Source: Candidatus Thermosaccharophagus tengchongensis
GTDB taxonomy: Bacteria; Armatimonadota; Fervidibacteria; Fervidibacterales; Thermosaccharophagaceae
DNA length: 64,000 bases
Direction: 5' to 3' (one strand)
Assembly (NCBI GenBank): GCA_032161105.1
Contig: JAVHTD010000005.1
Below are positions 29,552 through 39,116 of the stretch, one piece after another. The notes beneath the pieces are model-generated. The model searched no databases and was not told the origin of the DNA. It worked only from the letters and a program-made list of their open reading frames with translations. A program made the position numbers and the translations under genes. How positions within the stretch are numbered: the stretch's first letter is position 1; each line of letters begins with the position of its first letter.

Positions 29552-30511
29552 CTATGCTGCTGTTTGTGATTGCTTTATCACAGCGCTCAATACCGGGAGC
29601 GGATTTACCATGTGCTTGTTCAACCCGATTTCGCCAACCGATGCGCCAAACGCGAGCGCCATCAATTGCGTGAAGTAGACAATCGGCATTTCATGTTTCT
29701 GTCCAGCTTTAGCATCGGCATCGGCTTGGTAGACATCAAGGTTGACATGGCAAAGCGGGCACGCAACGCAAACAACTTGTGCCCCTCTCGCCTTTGCATC
29801 TGACAGTATCAAGTGGACACGCTCAGCAACTAAGTCGCTCCTGCTGAGTGCCAAGCTTGCCCCACAGCATTCAACCTTGCACGCCCATTCAATCGGCTCA
29901 GCACCGATGGCTTCAATAAGCTTATCCATCACCTGCGGATTTTCTGGGTCGTCAAATTGCATCACCTTTGGCGGGCGCACAAGCAAACACCCGTAATAGC
30001 ATGCTACCTTTAAACCGTTGAGGGGTTGCTTCACCATCCCCCTTATGCGCTCAATGCCATACATCTCGCTCAGCACTGAGAGCAAGTGGAGGACATTGAT
30101 CCCGCTAACTTGGTCAACTGAGCACCCATCAAGCAATTCCGGCAGCTGCGATATCTTCTCCCTCAACGCGGTGTTGTGCTTCAGCTCATGTGCTGCAAAC
30201 TTAAGCCTGTTAAAACACGCCGCGCATACGGTCAAGACAGGCATTCCGAGCTTTGCAGCGAGCGCGAGGTTTCTTGCGCCGAGCGCTATCGGGAAAAGTG
30301 TCCTTATGGCGTGGGCGGGCGTGGCACCACAACATATCCAATCGGGTATCTCCTCAAGCTCTATCCCGAGGAGCTTGCATAACGCTTTAGTTGACATGCC
30401 GTATTCAACTGCTGTTCCGGATAACGAGCATCCGGGATAGTATGCAAACCTGAGATTGCTGGTTGCCGTGCTTGCAGCCTCAATGGCTTTGTGCTCCGTG
30501 TTTGCTGACAT
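29552..30511 (-). CDS. hdrB: Heterodisulfide reductase subunit B
   Basis: YYPGCSL, WICCGA, YYGCLLVRP, ECCGA and ACPLCHVNLD CCG-domain motifs. Confidence 0.93.
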   Translation of the reverse strand: MSANTEHKAIEAASTATSNLRFAYYPGCSLSGTAVEYGMSTKALCKLLGIELEEIPDWICCGATPAHAIRTLFPIALGARNLALAAKLGMPVLTVCAACFNRLKFAAHELKHNTALREKISQLPELLDGCSVDQVSGINVLHLLSVLSEMYGIERIRGMVKQPLNGLKVACYYGCLLVRPPKVMQFDDPENPQVMDKLIEAIGAEPIEWACKVECCGASLALSRSDLVAERVHLILSDAKARGAQVVCVACPLCHVNLDVYQADADAKAGQKHEMPIVYFTQLMALAFGASVGEIGLNKHMVNPLPVLSAVIKQSQTAA

Positions 30512-31088
30512 GCCCTTCACCCTCTGCCCGTTCAAGCTTTTTCACCATTTCCCAGATGCCCCTTAGCTCCTTAAGCCCTTTGACTTTCTCCGGGAGCATC
30601 GGCAGTTTGCCGCGAGCAAACAGCTGCAATCCCCTCCCAAAATCTTTGAATGGTCTCCCGAGAGCTATGTTGAGGCGCAATGCCAGTTCCGGCTCAAACA
30701 CCCTTCCACGACGCTCTATGCTTTCAACGAACTGTGAGAGCGCCTCAACGGTCTCCCTCTCGGAGTCCGTATACCCAGCTTCAAGAGCCATAGCGCGCAA
30801 TGTGTCCATGACTTGAGCGATCTCAACTTCCTGTGGACAGCGAGTCGTGCATGTCTGGCATGCTGCGCATATCCAAATTGTGCGGCTTCTAAGGACATCC
30901 TCACGCACTCCAAGTTGTATCAATCGCATTATCCTCGCCGGGTCTATATCCATGGCAAACGCCATTGGACAACCAGCGCTGCACTTGCCGCACTGATAGC
31001 ACTGGCTTACCTTCTGTCCCGATCGCCTCTCAACTTCGGCTGTGAACTCCTTAAGCCTTGCATCCGTAAGCCTGATAACATCGCTCAC
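30480..31088 (-). CDS. hdrC: Heterodisulfide reductase subunit C
   Basis: CYQCGKCSAGCP and WICAACQTCTTRCP motifs; upstream of hdrB. Confidence 0.92.
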   Translation of the reverse strand: MSDVIRLTDARLKEFTAEVERRSGQKVSQCYQCGKCSAGCPMAFAMDIDPARIMRLIQLGVREDVLRSRTIWICAACQTCTTRCPQEVEIAQVMDTLRAMALEAGYTDSERETVEALSQFVESIERRGRVFEPELALRLNIALGRPFKDFGRGLQLFARGKLPMLPEKVKGLKELRGIWEMVKKLERAEGEGHVSKHGAQSH

Positions 31089-31180
31089 TTTCCATCATCT
31101 CCCCAGCTGTGAACGGCGATGACCCGTTGTTTGAGGTTGCAACCTTGTTGCCATGCGTGTCCGCATCGCAGGTGATCACA

Positions 31181-31420
31181 GCCTCACCCATAAAGGTGAA
31201 GAGTTACTTGCCGAACGCAGCTCGTTCCAAAGAGCCCTTTCTCCGTTTGATGGGTTGAAGGAGAAACCCTCATGCCAACCCAGCTTTGATTGCTCAAACT
31301 CGCGTATCCACATCCTCGGGATGATGTCGCCTTCAGATCCGGCGTATCCCTTTTCCGGAGGGCGGCGCTGCTGCAAACTCGGCGCATTCCTTTCCCTAAG
31401 AACGGCTCTTAGGTAGGGGA
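31181..31420 (-). ncRNA. Unassigned structured RNA candidate upstream of hdrCBA
   Basis: Several nested stems, a GCAA tetraloop, minus-strand G-U pairs and a possible pseudoknot (see findings). Confidence 0.4.
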
Positions 31421-31422
31421 TC

Positions 31423-32655
31423 CTACAAAGCTGATTTAAGCTCGTCTGCATGTGAGCGCACTTTGTCAATCGCTTTGGCTATGTCCTCCATATCCTTTTC
31501 ATCGGCAAGCAGCACCCACTGAGGCAGCCAAACCGCTGTCTCAATCACTTCCTCGGTAACTGGCAGGCGCACGCCTGAGTAATCCACTTTGCGCCCCAGC
31601 AACCTCTCAAATCGCTTGGGCAGATATTCAAGGAACACAAGCTCACGATACAGCGGGCGCGAATAGCCCGGTGATAGTGGTATGCCCTCTTTTTGCACAG
31701 CAGTTGCAACCTGGTGTTTTGTGGCGTCGCCGAACTTGCTCAGGTCAAGCCTGAAGATGAAGAGGTGATACGCATTGCGCGTTACACGCTCATCTTCCCT
31801 TGGCAGGAGCACGCCATCAATCTCGGAGAGCAGCTTGCGCAAGCATGCGGCATTGTGTTCGCGCCTTTGTGCCCATTCCTCCATGCGCTCAAGTTGAGCG
31901 AGCAGGACTGCTGCTTGCCATTCGGTCATCCTGTAGTTTCCGCCCATAATTGGATGCTCATACCATTCGCCTCCGGGACGACGCCCAACATTGTGAAGTG
32001 ACCACGCTGTGAGGTAAACATCTTCGTCGTTCGTGATGATAATACCGCCTTCACCTGCGGAGATGTTCTTTGAGTTTTGAAATGAGAAGCAGCCGGCATC
32101 GCCAAATGAGCCGACGGGCTTACCACGCCACGATGCCGAATGTGCTTGTGCACAATCCTCAACAACTTTTAAGTTGTATCGCTTTGCCACATCCATGATG
32201 GCATCCATGTCCGCTGGGCGACCGCCGATATGCACAGGGATGATTGCTTTTGTGCGTTCGGTTATATGGGCTTCAATTGAGCGCGCATCAATGTTGTAGG
32301 TGTCCGGTTCTATGTCGGCAAACACAGGCACTGCACCTATGTTGACACCGCATGTCGCGGTTGCAACGAATGTATACGGTGGTATGATGAACTCATCGCC
32401 TGGTTCAACTCCGACCGCTCTCAAGGCAAGTTCAAGCGCCACAGTCCCACTTGTAACTGAAACACCATACTTGCACCCATGCGCCTTTGCGAATCGTTCC
32501 TCAAATTCAACAGCCTTAGGTCCCCTCGTGCCCCAATGCACAGAGTTAACCACCTCGGTGAGCAGCTCAAGCTCCCTTCCACCTTGCTGCGGCCATTTAA
32601 TATCCCATCCAGATCGCCTCACTGGTTGACCGCCCGCTATTGCGAGTTTTGGCAT
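31423..32655 (-). CDS. DegT/DnrJ/EryC1/StrS PLP aminotransferase
   Basis: SGTVAL, EDCAQAH, FSFQNSKNISAGEGG and NYRMTE motifs; AAGGAGG RBS. Confidence 0.92.
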   Translation of the reverse strand: MPKLAIAGGQPVRRSGWDIKWPQQGGRELELLTEVVNSVHWGTRGPKAVEFEERFAKAHGCKYGVSVTSGTVALELALRAVGVEPGDEFIIPPYTFVATATCGVNIGAVPVFADIEPDTYNIDARSIEAHITERTKAIIPVHIGGRPADMDAIMDVAKRYNLKVVEDCAQAHSASWRGKPVGSFGDAGCFSFQNSKNISAGEGGIIITNDEDVYLTAWSLHNVGRRPGGEWYEHPIMGGNYRMTEWQAAVLLAQLERMEEWAQRREHNAACLRKLLSEIDGVLLPREDERVTRNAYHLFIFRLDLSKFGDATKHQVATAVQKEGIPLSPGYSRPLYRELVFLEYLPKRFERLLGRKVDYSGVRLPVTEEVIETAVWLPQWVLLADEKDMEDIAKAIDKVRSHADELKSAL

Positions 32656-32996
32656 GCCCGCCACCTCCTTGAACAGCCTGTTAGGACTCATACTGCAATT
32701 ATGCCTTTGGCGTGCTATACTTGCACCGCGCTCATGCGAATGCAACTGCAGCCGTGTGGATAGCATCAAAATGATAGCCACCCGTGTGAAGAGGGCTGTG
32801 ACAAGTCAAGTGTGGTATAAAGTAAATGGCTTTGATGCCATCGCTGCAGATGGAGAAGAGCAATAAGCAAGGTCTCAGGGAGGTGATGTGAAAAGGCAAC
32901 ACGGTGAAACGAAACAATCGCATACGGAGAAAGTGAATGGACATCACGGCGAGAATGGAAGGACATAAAGACCTTGTCCACAGGGAGGCGATCAGG

Positions 32997-33638
32997 ATGG
33001 TAAAGCGGATGGCGGCGTTTACGCTCATTGAACTGTTGGTCGTGATCACCATCATAGCTATTCTGGCGGGCATTTTGTTCCCCGTCTTCTCACGAGCTCG
33101 TGAGAAAGGGCGCTCTGCAGCCTGCCAGTCAAACCTTAAGCAGATTGGACTTGCGATGGCGATGTATCGTGAGGACTTTGACCTTGTAAATGTGCCGGGG
33201 CCAGATCAGGGAGCAGTCCTTTCATGGGCTGTGTTGCTTAAGCCGTATCACAAGAACACGCAAATATTCACATGCCCAAGCAGGGCAAGGTGGGAGATCG
33301 GTCCGACGGTGAATTGCCCCGGCGATGCCGGATGTGTCCAATCGGGAGGTTATCAGATGGCTGAGTTAAGAGATACTCAGAGTGGACGATCCGGCACCGG
33401 TTGGCATGATTCAGACATTGAGGACCCGAGCAACACAGTCATCGCAATTGATTCCAACGATAACGCGGATGCGCTAAATAAAACAATCATTAACCAAGGT
33501 GCATATGACCCGACTGACCGTGACCTTAACCGCCACTTTGACGGCATTAATGTGCTTTGGTATGATGGGCATGTGAAGTATATGCGTTCCGATAAGCTCA
33601 AGACGGAGGATCGCTACTGGACAATTAACGAGGATTAG
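32997..33638 (+). CDS. Prepilin-type N-terminal cleavage/methylation protein (DUF1559-like, H-X9-DG)
   Basis: [40 protein letters not shown] and [16 protein letters not shown] motifs. Confidence 0.9.
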   Translation: MVKRMAAFTLIELLVVITIIAILAGILFPVFSRAREKGRSAACQSNLKQIGLAMAMYREDFDLVNVPGPDQGAVLSWAVLLKPYHKNTQIFTCPSRARWEIGPTVNCPGDAGCVQSGGYQMAELRDTQSGRSGTGWHDSDIEDPSNTVIAIDSNDNADALNKTIINQGAYDPTDRDLNRHFDGINVLWYDGHVKYMRSDKLKTEDRYWTINED

Positions 33639-33920
33639 CTAAGGCGTTCGTGTTCTTGTGTGCAGTGTGGGCATTGCCCATACGGTAAATGGAGAATGGT
33701 GGGCAATGCCCATTTTCGTGTATGCTGGTGTTAAACCCCTATGAGAGAAATGCAAGCGTGTAGATCGCTGTTTGCCCCTACAAAAGGGTGCCGAATGCAT
33801 AAGCCCTATATGAACGCCAAATTTTAGTCTCGGGGTTTGATTGGCAGCGGAAGTTTGATCCATCGGTGTTGCCTTCATTGCCTGCGAAGCCACACTATCC
33901 TGCTTTGGTGGGGGATTCTC

Positions 33921-35375
33921 ATGGTGCGAGTTCGCATAGCTCCGGCTCCAACTGGCGCATTACATGTCGGGACAGCACGGACTGCCCTTTTCAACTGGCT
34001 TTTTGCGAGGAAGCATGGTGGCGAATTCTTGCTGCGCATAGAGGATACTGATAAGGAGCGTTCAAAGCCGGAGTTCGTTGAGCAAATTATTGAGGGTCTA
34101 AAGTGGCTCGGTCTGGAATGGGACGAGGGTCCATTTTTCCAATCGGAGCGATTACAGGTGTATCGCGACGAGGCATATAGGTTGCTTGAGGAAGGTAAAG
34201 CATACCTTTGCTTCTGCACGCCAGAGGAACTTGAGGAGAGGCGTAGGCAGATGCTGTCGGAGGGCTTGCCGCCAAGATACGACAGGCGCTGCAGATACTT
34301 GAATGATTCGGAGCGCAAGAGAATGCTCAGCGAAGGGAGAAAGTATGTGCTAAGGTTTGCCATGCCAACCGATGGTGAAACGAAGTTTTACGATTTGGTT
34401 CGCGGCGAGATAAGCGTTCGCAACGAGGAGCTTGATGACTTTGTCATCCTCAAGTCAGATGGCACTCCAACATATAACTTTGCGTGCGTGGTTGACGATC
34501 ACGAAATGCGCATCACGCATGTCATACGCGGTGAGGATCACATACCAAACACGCCGCGTCAGATTTGGCTATACGCAGCGTTGGGATATGAGCCCCCACA
34601 GTTTGCCCATTTGCCTTTGCTCCTTGGACAGGATAGGAGCAAGCTCTCAAAGCGTCATGGTGCAACAAGCCTGCTTGAATATCGTGACATGGGCATACTG
34701 CCTGAAGCGATGTTCAACTTCCTTGCGCTGCTCGGTTGGTCACCCAGCGGCTCAGGGGGCGAGGAGATTTTCAGCCGTGACGAGCTCATTGAGCGCTTTG
34801 AAATAACTCAGGTGAAGCCGAGCGGCGCTATATTCAACCTTGAAAAGTTGCTCTGGATGAACGCTTATTACATTCGGCAATGCAACTTGGAGAGGCTAAC
34901 AGGGCTATGTATCCCATACTTGAGGGGAAGCAACTTGATCAGCAGCGAGGAAAGTGAGGCTGAATTGCAGCTTGCTCGGAAAGCAATCGGGCTTGTGCGT
35001 GACAGAATGAAGCTCCTTTCGGAAGCACCCTCGCTTTGTGATTACTTCTTCAAGGACCCAATTGAGTATGAGCCTGACGGGGTGCGCAAATGGCTTTCTC
35101 AGGATGATGTTTCTGAGCTGCTTGAGGAGCTTGCCCAACGGATTGAAATGCTTGAGCAATTTGATGCTGCTGCAGTTGAGACCACTCTTCGCAAGCTTGC
35201 TCAAGAGAGGGGAATCAGCGCTGCACGCCTTATCCATCCAACAAGGCTCGCAGTGACTGGGCGAACTGTAGGTCCTGGGCTGTTTGAATTGATGGAAGTG
35301 GTTGGAAAGGATGCATGTGTGAGGCGCTTGCGCAAATGCGCCTCATGGGTGAAAGCCAAGCAACAAGCGATTTAG
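33921..35375 (+). CDS. gltX: Glutamate--tRNA ligase
   Basis: RIAPAPTGALHVG, LRIEDTD, ITHVIRGEDH and KLSKRHG motifs; anticodon-binding domain present. Confidence 0.95.
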   Translation: MVRVRIAPAPTGALHVGTARTALFNWLFARKHGGEFLLRIEDTDKERSKPEFVEQIIEGLKWLGLEWDEGPFFQSERLQVYRDEAYRLLEEGKAYLCFCTPEELEERRRQMLSEGLPPRYDRRCRYLNDSERKRMLSEGRKYVLRFAMPTDGETKFYDLVRGEISVRNEELDDFVILKSDGTPTYNFACVVDDHEMRITHVIRGEDHIPNTPRQIWLYAALGYEPPQFAHLPLLLGQDRSKLSKRHGATSLLEYRDMGILPEAMFNFLALLGWSPSGSGGEEIFSRDELIERFEITQVKPSGAIFNLEKLLWMNAYYIRQCNLERLTGLCIPYLRGSNLISSEESEAELQLARKAIGLVRDRMKLLSEAPSLCDYFFKDPIEYEPDGVRKWLSQDDVSELLEELAQRIEMLEQFDAAAVETTLRKLAQERGISAARLIHPTRLAVTGRTVGPGLFELMEVVGKDACVRRLRKCASWVKAKQQAI

Positions 35376-35498
35376 CCGATGGCATGTCCTCTAAATGTCC
35401 CACTCCATCACGGGGTGGAATTTAAAGCTTTGCATCTCCTCGTGCACACAGCCTTCACAGCTGAATTGTTGTTCCTCAAGTGCTGTAGCCCATCTTGC

Positions 35499-36704
35499 TC
35501 AAGAGAGATTGAATGCCACTCCTTCTTCTGCTGACACATACCCCGCATAGATGACTCGCACAACATCTACAGCCAAATCAATTCCCGAGAGCGGTTGATG
35601 CGATGGGTCAAGCACAGCCATTACGGCATCCTGCATCTCTTGAGGGTAACCGCGAAGGAAATCTTCGTTCACGCTCGGGAATGTCCAGCCGGCTTTTGTC
35701 TCAAGCTTCTCCGCTATGTATTCATCGGCGAATATTTCCGGCGATGGCGCATAGGCAACACATGTGTCGTTCGGATTCATGTTGATCTGTATGCGGCAGT
35801 TTGATGCGTAAATTTCCATTCGGTCATAGATACCGCCAAGACAGCAATCATTCGCGAAGATAACCGCCTTTGAGCCGTCATCAAAGTCAATCACAGCCAT
35901 GCTCCAGTTTTCCACATCCATCCATCCGGTCACGATGAAATGGCGTTCCTCGCGCTTGAAGTTCTCCATCTGCGTTAGGTCAGACACTTGTGCGTAGACG
36001 GCTTTGGGGAGTATTGGCTTGCCGTGTTTCAACATGCCCTCAACCTGCTTCAAGTAAAGCACAGCTCCAATTGGATGCGAGCCCAAGCGCAACAATGCAC
36101 CACCACCGCAGGTGCGCCATCGGAATGAAAATGGCGATGCAGAACCGCTGTGTGATTCCTCAGCCCGGATGAAAAGCACAGTCCCACCCGAAGCTTCAAG
36201 CAGCCTCTTTGCCTTTTGAATCGGGGGCGCGTATACCCAGTTTTCCGCATATGTGAACTTGACACCGGCTTCCAACACTGCCTTCTTTATTTCCTGTGCG
36301 TTTGCCAATGCCTTTTCAAACATCGTTCTCTTGGGAATGGCATGCCCAATTAGCTCCACATCCTCTGGGACATCTTCACCGAAGTAGCCCGTCAACGGCT
36401 TTTCACAAACGATGTGTTTCCCAGCTTGAGCGGCTTCAATGCAAACCTGCTTATGAATGTGGTTTGGGGTGCACACATCAATTAGGTGGATGTCGTTGCG
36501 CTCGAGCATTCGCCTGTAGTCGTCATACGCATCTGGAATGCCACGCTGCCTCGCAAACGCCTCAGCCCTCTCCAAATGCTTTGAGGCAACTGCTACAACC
36601 TCAGCTTGCGGTATCGTGGCGTAGGCATCATAGTGGAATTTTCCGGCAAGTCCGACTCCCACTATTCCGACCCGCACCTTGTCCATTTTCTCCACCTCCA
36701 TCAT
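35499..36704 (-). CDS. Gfo/Idh/MocA family oxidoreductase
   Basis: VGIVGVG, CTPNHIH, GKHIVCEKP and GGGALL motifs. Confidence 0.9.
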   Translation of the reverse strand: MMEVEKMDKVRVGIVGVGLAGKFHYDAYATIPQAEVVAVASKHLERAEAFARQRGIPDAYDDYRRMLERNDIHLIDVCTPNHIHKQVCIEAAQAGKHIVCEKPLTGYFGEDVPEDVELIGHAIPKRTMFEKALANAQEIKKAVLEAGVKFTYAENWVYAPPIQKAKRLLEASGGTVLFIRAEESHSGSASPFSFRWRTCGGGALLRLGSHPIGAVLYLKQVEGMLKHGKPILPKAVYAQVSDLTQMENFKREERHFIVTGWMDVENWSMAVIDFDDGSKAVIFANDCCLGGIYDRMEIYASNCRIQINMNPNDTCVAYAPSPEIFADEYIAEKLETKAGWTFPSVNEDFLRGYPQEMQDAVMAVLDPSHQPLSGIDLAVDVVRVIYAGYVSAEEGVAFNLS

Positions 36705-37042
36705 CTGCAGTTTTGTGGCACATTACAGTATGCAACTTCAAGCTACGGCAGTGTAGACATCGTGAAGGTGTTGGACGACATGTTGCAGATATGCCAAAAG
36801 TGGTGTTGTCGTTTTCCGCGGCATAGCATAGTTTGCTGAAACATCGCCCGCAATGCTCTTCACTTGCAACTTGTCTGCCACATAAGCTGCAGCGCTATTG
36901 CGCATAGCAATCTTTTGGTCGGCTGTTCTTGAAGTTGAACCCGAAAGGCTTTGGCGCGCGTTGGAGTTCGCTGAGGGAAGGCGAGGCGCTTTAGTCCGCA
37001 CAACCAAAGCCACACCGGCAGATTTGAATTCGCTCATGACAG

Positions 37043-38029
37043 GTGATTGATTGTGGTGTGGAGGTGAAAGCTGTGAAGCGAATAACAATTGGCGGGGCTC
37101 TGAATGTATCCCAAGTGTGGCTTGGAATGCTACAGCTTGCGCAAGCATCGGTTGACCAAATGACCGCAATGAATGTGGTAACATCCTCGCTCTCATTAGG
37201 AGTGAGCGTTTTTGATTGTGCCCGTGAGTATGGCGGACATGAGATCATGGCGGAGGTGATTGAAAGTTTGGGCGCTCATGGGAAGGGGGAATTGGTCATT
37301 GCTGACAAATCAAGGGCACGCAGCTACGAAGACATGGAAACTGCAATAGCTGAAAGTTTAACCGAATTGGGCTGCGAGCAGATTGGCATCTACATGTTGC
37401 ACGATGTGCGCGGCAGGGAGGATTTTGAGCTCCGCACAGGTGCGTGGAGGTATTTGGTTGAAGCGAAGGAAATGGGCTTGGTGCACGCTATCGGAATCTC
37501 AACCCGCACTGTTGAAGGGGTTAAGCTTGCAGCTGAAATTGATGAGTTGGACATTGTCCAAGCGCCATTCAATGAGGTCGGTGTAGGGATATTTGATGGC
37601 GACATAGGCGCAATGGAGAGGGCACTTGAGTTAGCAAAGGCAAAGGGGAAGACGATATGCGCCTTCAAGGTTTTTGGAGGTGGGGCTCTCTTCAGGAGGT
37701 GGAAGGAGGCTCTAAAGTTCGTCCTCAAGCACAAGTGCGTTGATTGCATTTGCATTGGTGCTACAACCTCTGCCGAGGTGAGGGCTGTAGTTTCCTTTCT
37801 CAACCAACTTGAATCAGACTCCCTTGCAGGATATGGCTTAAGGCAGCGAATAGTGATAGCTGATTGGTGTATCTCGTGCGGTATATGCGCTCAAGTGTGT
37901 CCGACTGGAGCACTCGTCTTTCGTGAGGGGAGCCTGCAAGTAGACGAAAGCACATGCACATTTTGCGGCGCTTGCATTGCGGCTTGCTTAGAGGAAGCCA
38001 TTTTCATCGTCCAAGTGGAACAGCTATAA
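37043..38029 (+). CDS. Aldo/keto reductase with C-terminal 2[4Fe-4S] ferredoxin domain
   Basis: FDCAREYG, IYMLH and AIGIST motifs; CISCGICAQVCP and CTFCGACIAAC. Confidence 0.8.
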   Translation: MIDCGVEVKAVKRITIGGALNVSQVWLGMLQLAQASVDQMTAMNVVTSSLSLGVSVFDCAREYGGHEIMAEVIESLGAHGKGELVIADKSRARSYEDMETAIAESLTELGCEQIGIYMLHDVRGREDFELRTGAWRYLVEAKEMGLVHAIGISTRTVEGVKLAAEIDELDIVQAPFNEVGVGIFDGDIGAMERALELAKAKGKTICAFKVFGGGALFRRWKEALKFVLKHKCVDCICIGATTSAEVRAVVSFLNQLESDSLAGYGLRQRIVIADWCISCGICAQVCPTGALVFREGSLQVDESTCTFCGACIAACLEEAIFIVQVEQL

Positions 38030-38077
38030 ACATCCTCTTTGGCAGATCTGAATGCGGCGTTTACCTCGGAGGCGAGC

Positions 38078-38545
38078 TTAGTCGTCTTCTTCCTCTCCAA
38101 GCTCGCTTATGAGCCTGTTGAACCGCTCCCACTCGTCCTCGTTCTCCTCGTTGGTTACGGAGATGAGCGATTCTATAACGGCACCGCTTATGTAAACTGG
38201 CGCGTTCGTGCGCAGCGCTAACGCAATTGCGTCGCTTGGGCGAGAGTCAATGTCACGCAACCCAAATTGAGTTTCAAGCGTGATGTAAGCGTAGTATGTG
38301 CGCTCCACGAGGTCGTGAATTACGACGCGCACGACCTTCACGCCGAGCTCATCAAGGATGTTGCGCAAAAGGTCGTGTGTGAGCGGGCGAGGTGGCTTCT
38401 CACCGCGCAACTCAAACGCTATGGCGAGTGCCTCTGCACTCCCTATCCAGATCGGGAGGACGCGGTTGCTTTTTGGTTCGCGCAGTATGACGACATGGTT
38501 GTTGAACGGATCCCGTGCTACCGTCTCAATTTGCACCTCAAGCAT
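38078..38545 (-). CDS. Bifunctional nuclease family protein (DUF151)
   Basis: LPIWIG, PRPLTHDL and DSRPSDAIALA motifs. Confidence 0.92.
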   Translation of the reverse strand: MLEVQIETVARDPFNNHVVILREPKSNRVLPIWIGSAEALAIAFELRGEKPPRPLTHDLLRNILDELGVKVVRVVIHDLVERTYYAYITLETQFGLRDIDSRPSDAIALALRTNAPVYISGAVIESLISVTNEENEDEWERFNRLISELGEEEDD

Positions 38546-38617
38546 TGTTCTCACCACTTTCCTTGAATTGGCTTTGACGACTTCACATGCCATTATAGCG
38601 ATGCGTCACGGCTAATG

Positions 38618-38926
38618 TCATTCGTCGTCGGAGCCAAAGAACCTCCCGAAAAATGTTTTACGGCGAGGTGGCTTAATGGTATGCACACCTTCGTAAGCTA
38701 TGCCGTTGGCTTGCAGCAATTTTATAGCCTCGCTTTTCTGTGCGCAGTTGAGCTTGATGGAGATGGCGCAGTCTGAGGAAATGGCTCTCGGCACTGGAAT
38801 AACCTCCACCTGAATGCCATTGGATTTGAGCAAGCCCTCAGCCCGCAACACATGCGAGGTTGTTGGAAATGTGATGATGCAAAACAACGCTTTTCTCGCA
38901 TGGTCGCTTTCCGACATGAAATTCAT
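38618..38926 (-). CDS. DUF3343 family protein
   Basis: ITFPTTSHVLRAE..IPVPRAISSDC motif; downstream of selD. Confidence 0.75.
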   Translation of the reverse strand: MNFMSESDHARKALFCIITFPTTSHVLRAEGLLKSNGIQVEVIPVPRAISSDCAISIKLNCAQKSEAIKLLQANGIAYEGVHTIKPPRRKTFFGRFFGSDDE

Positions 38927-39116
38927 CCCTCAATTCTGCCTTGTTGATCGGACGCTCACTGCCATTGGATATGTTTTGCGTGAGGCGTCACAGTGTAGTG
39001 TATCGTGTTCGCACGCGTAGGTAACCGATCTATCGGATGAGCAGCTGCTGAGCAGCATCTGTAGAAGTTACGCTGTGAGTGTGTGTTAGATTGTAAGCCC
39101 ATCGCTTTTGGCGTAG

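Noticed and set aside
27385..31088. Methanogenesis, or selenocysteine in HdrA
   Set aside because: The context is bacterial with no mcr genes, and hdrA reads through with Cys and no in-frame UGA.
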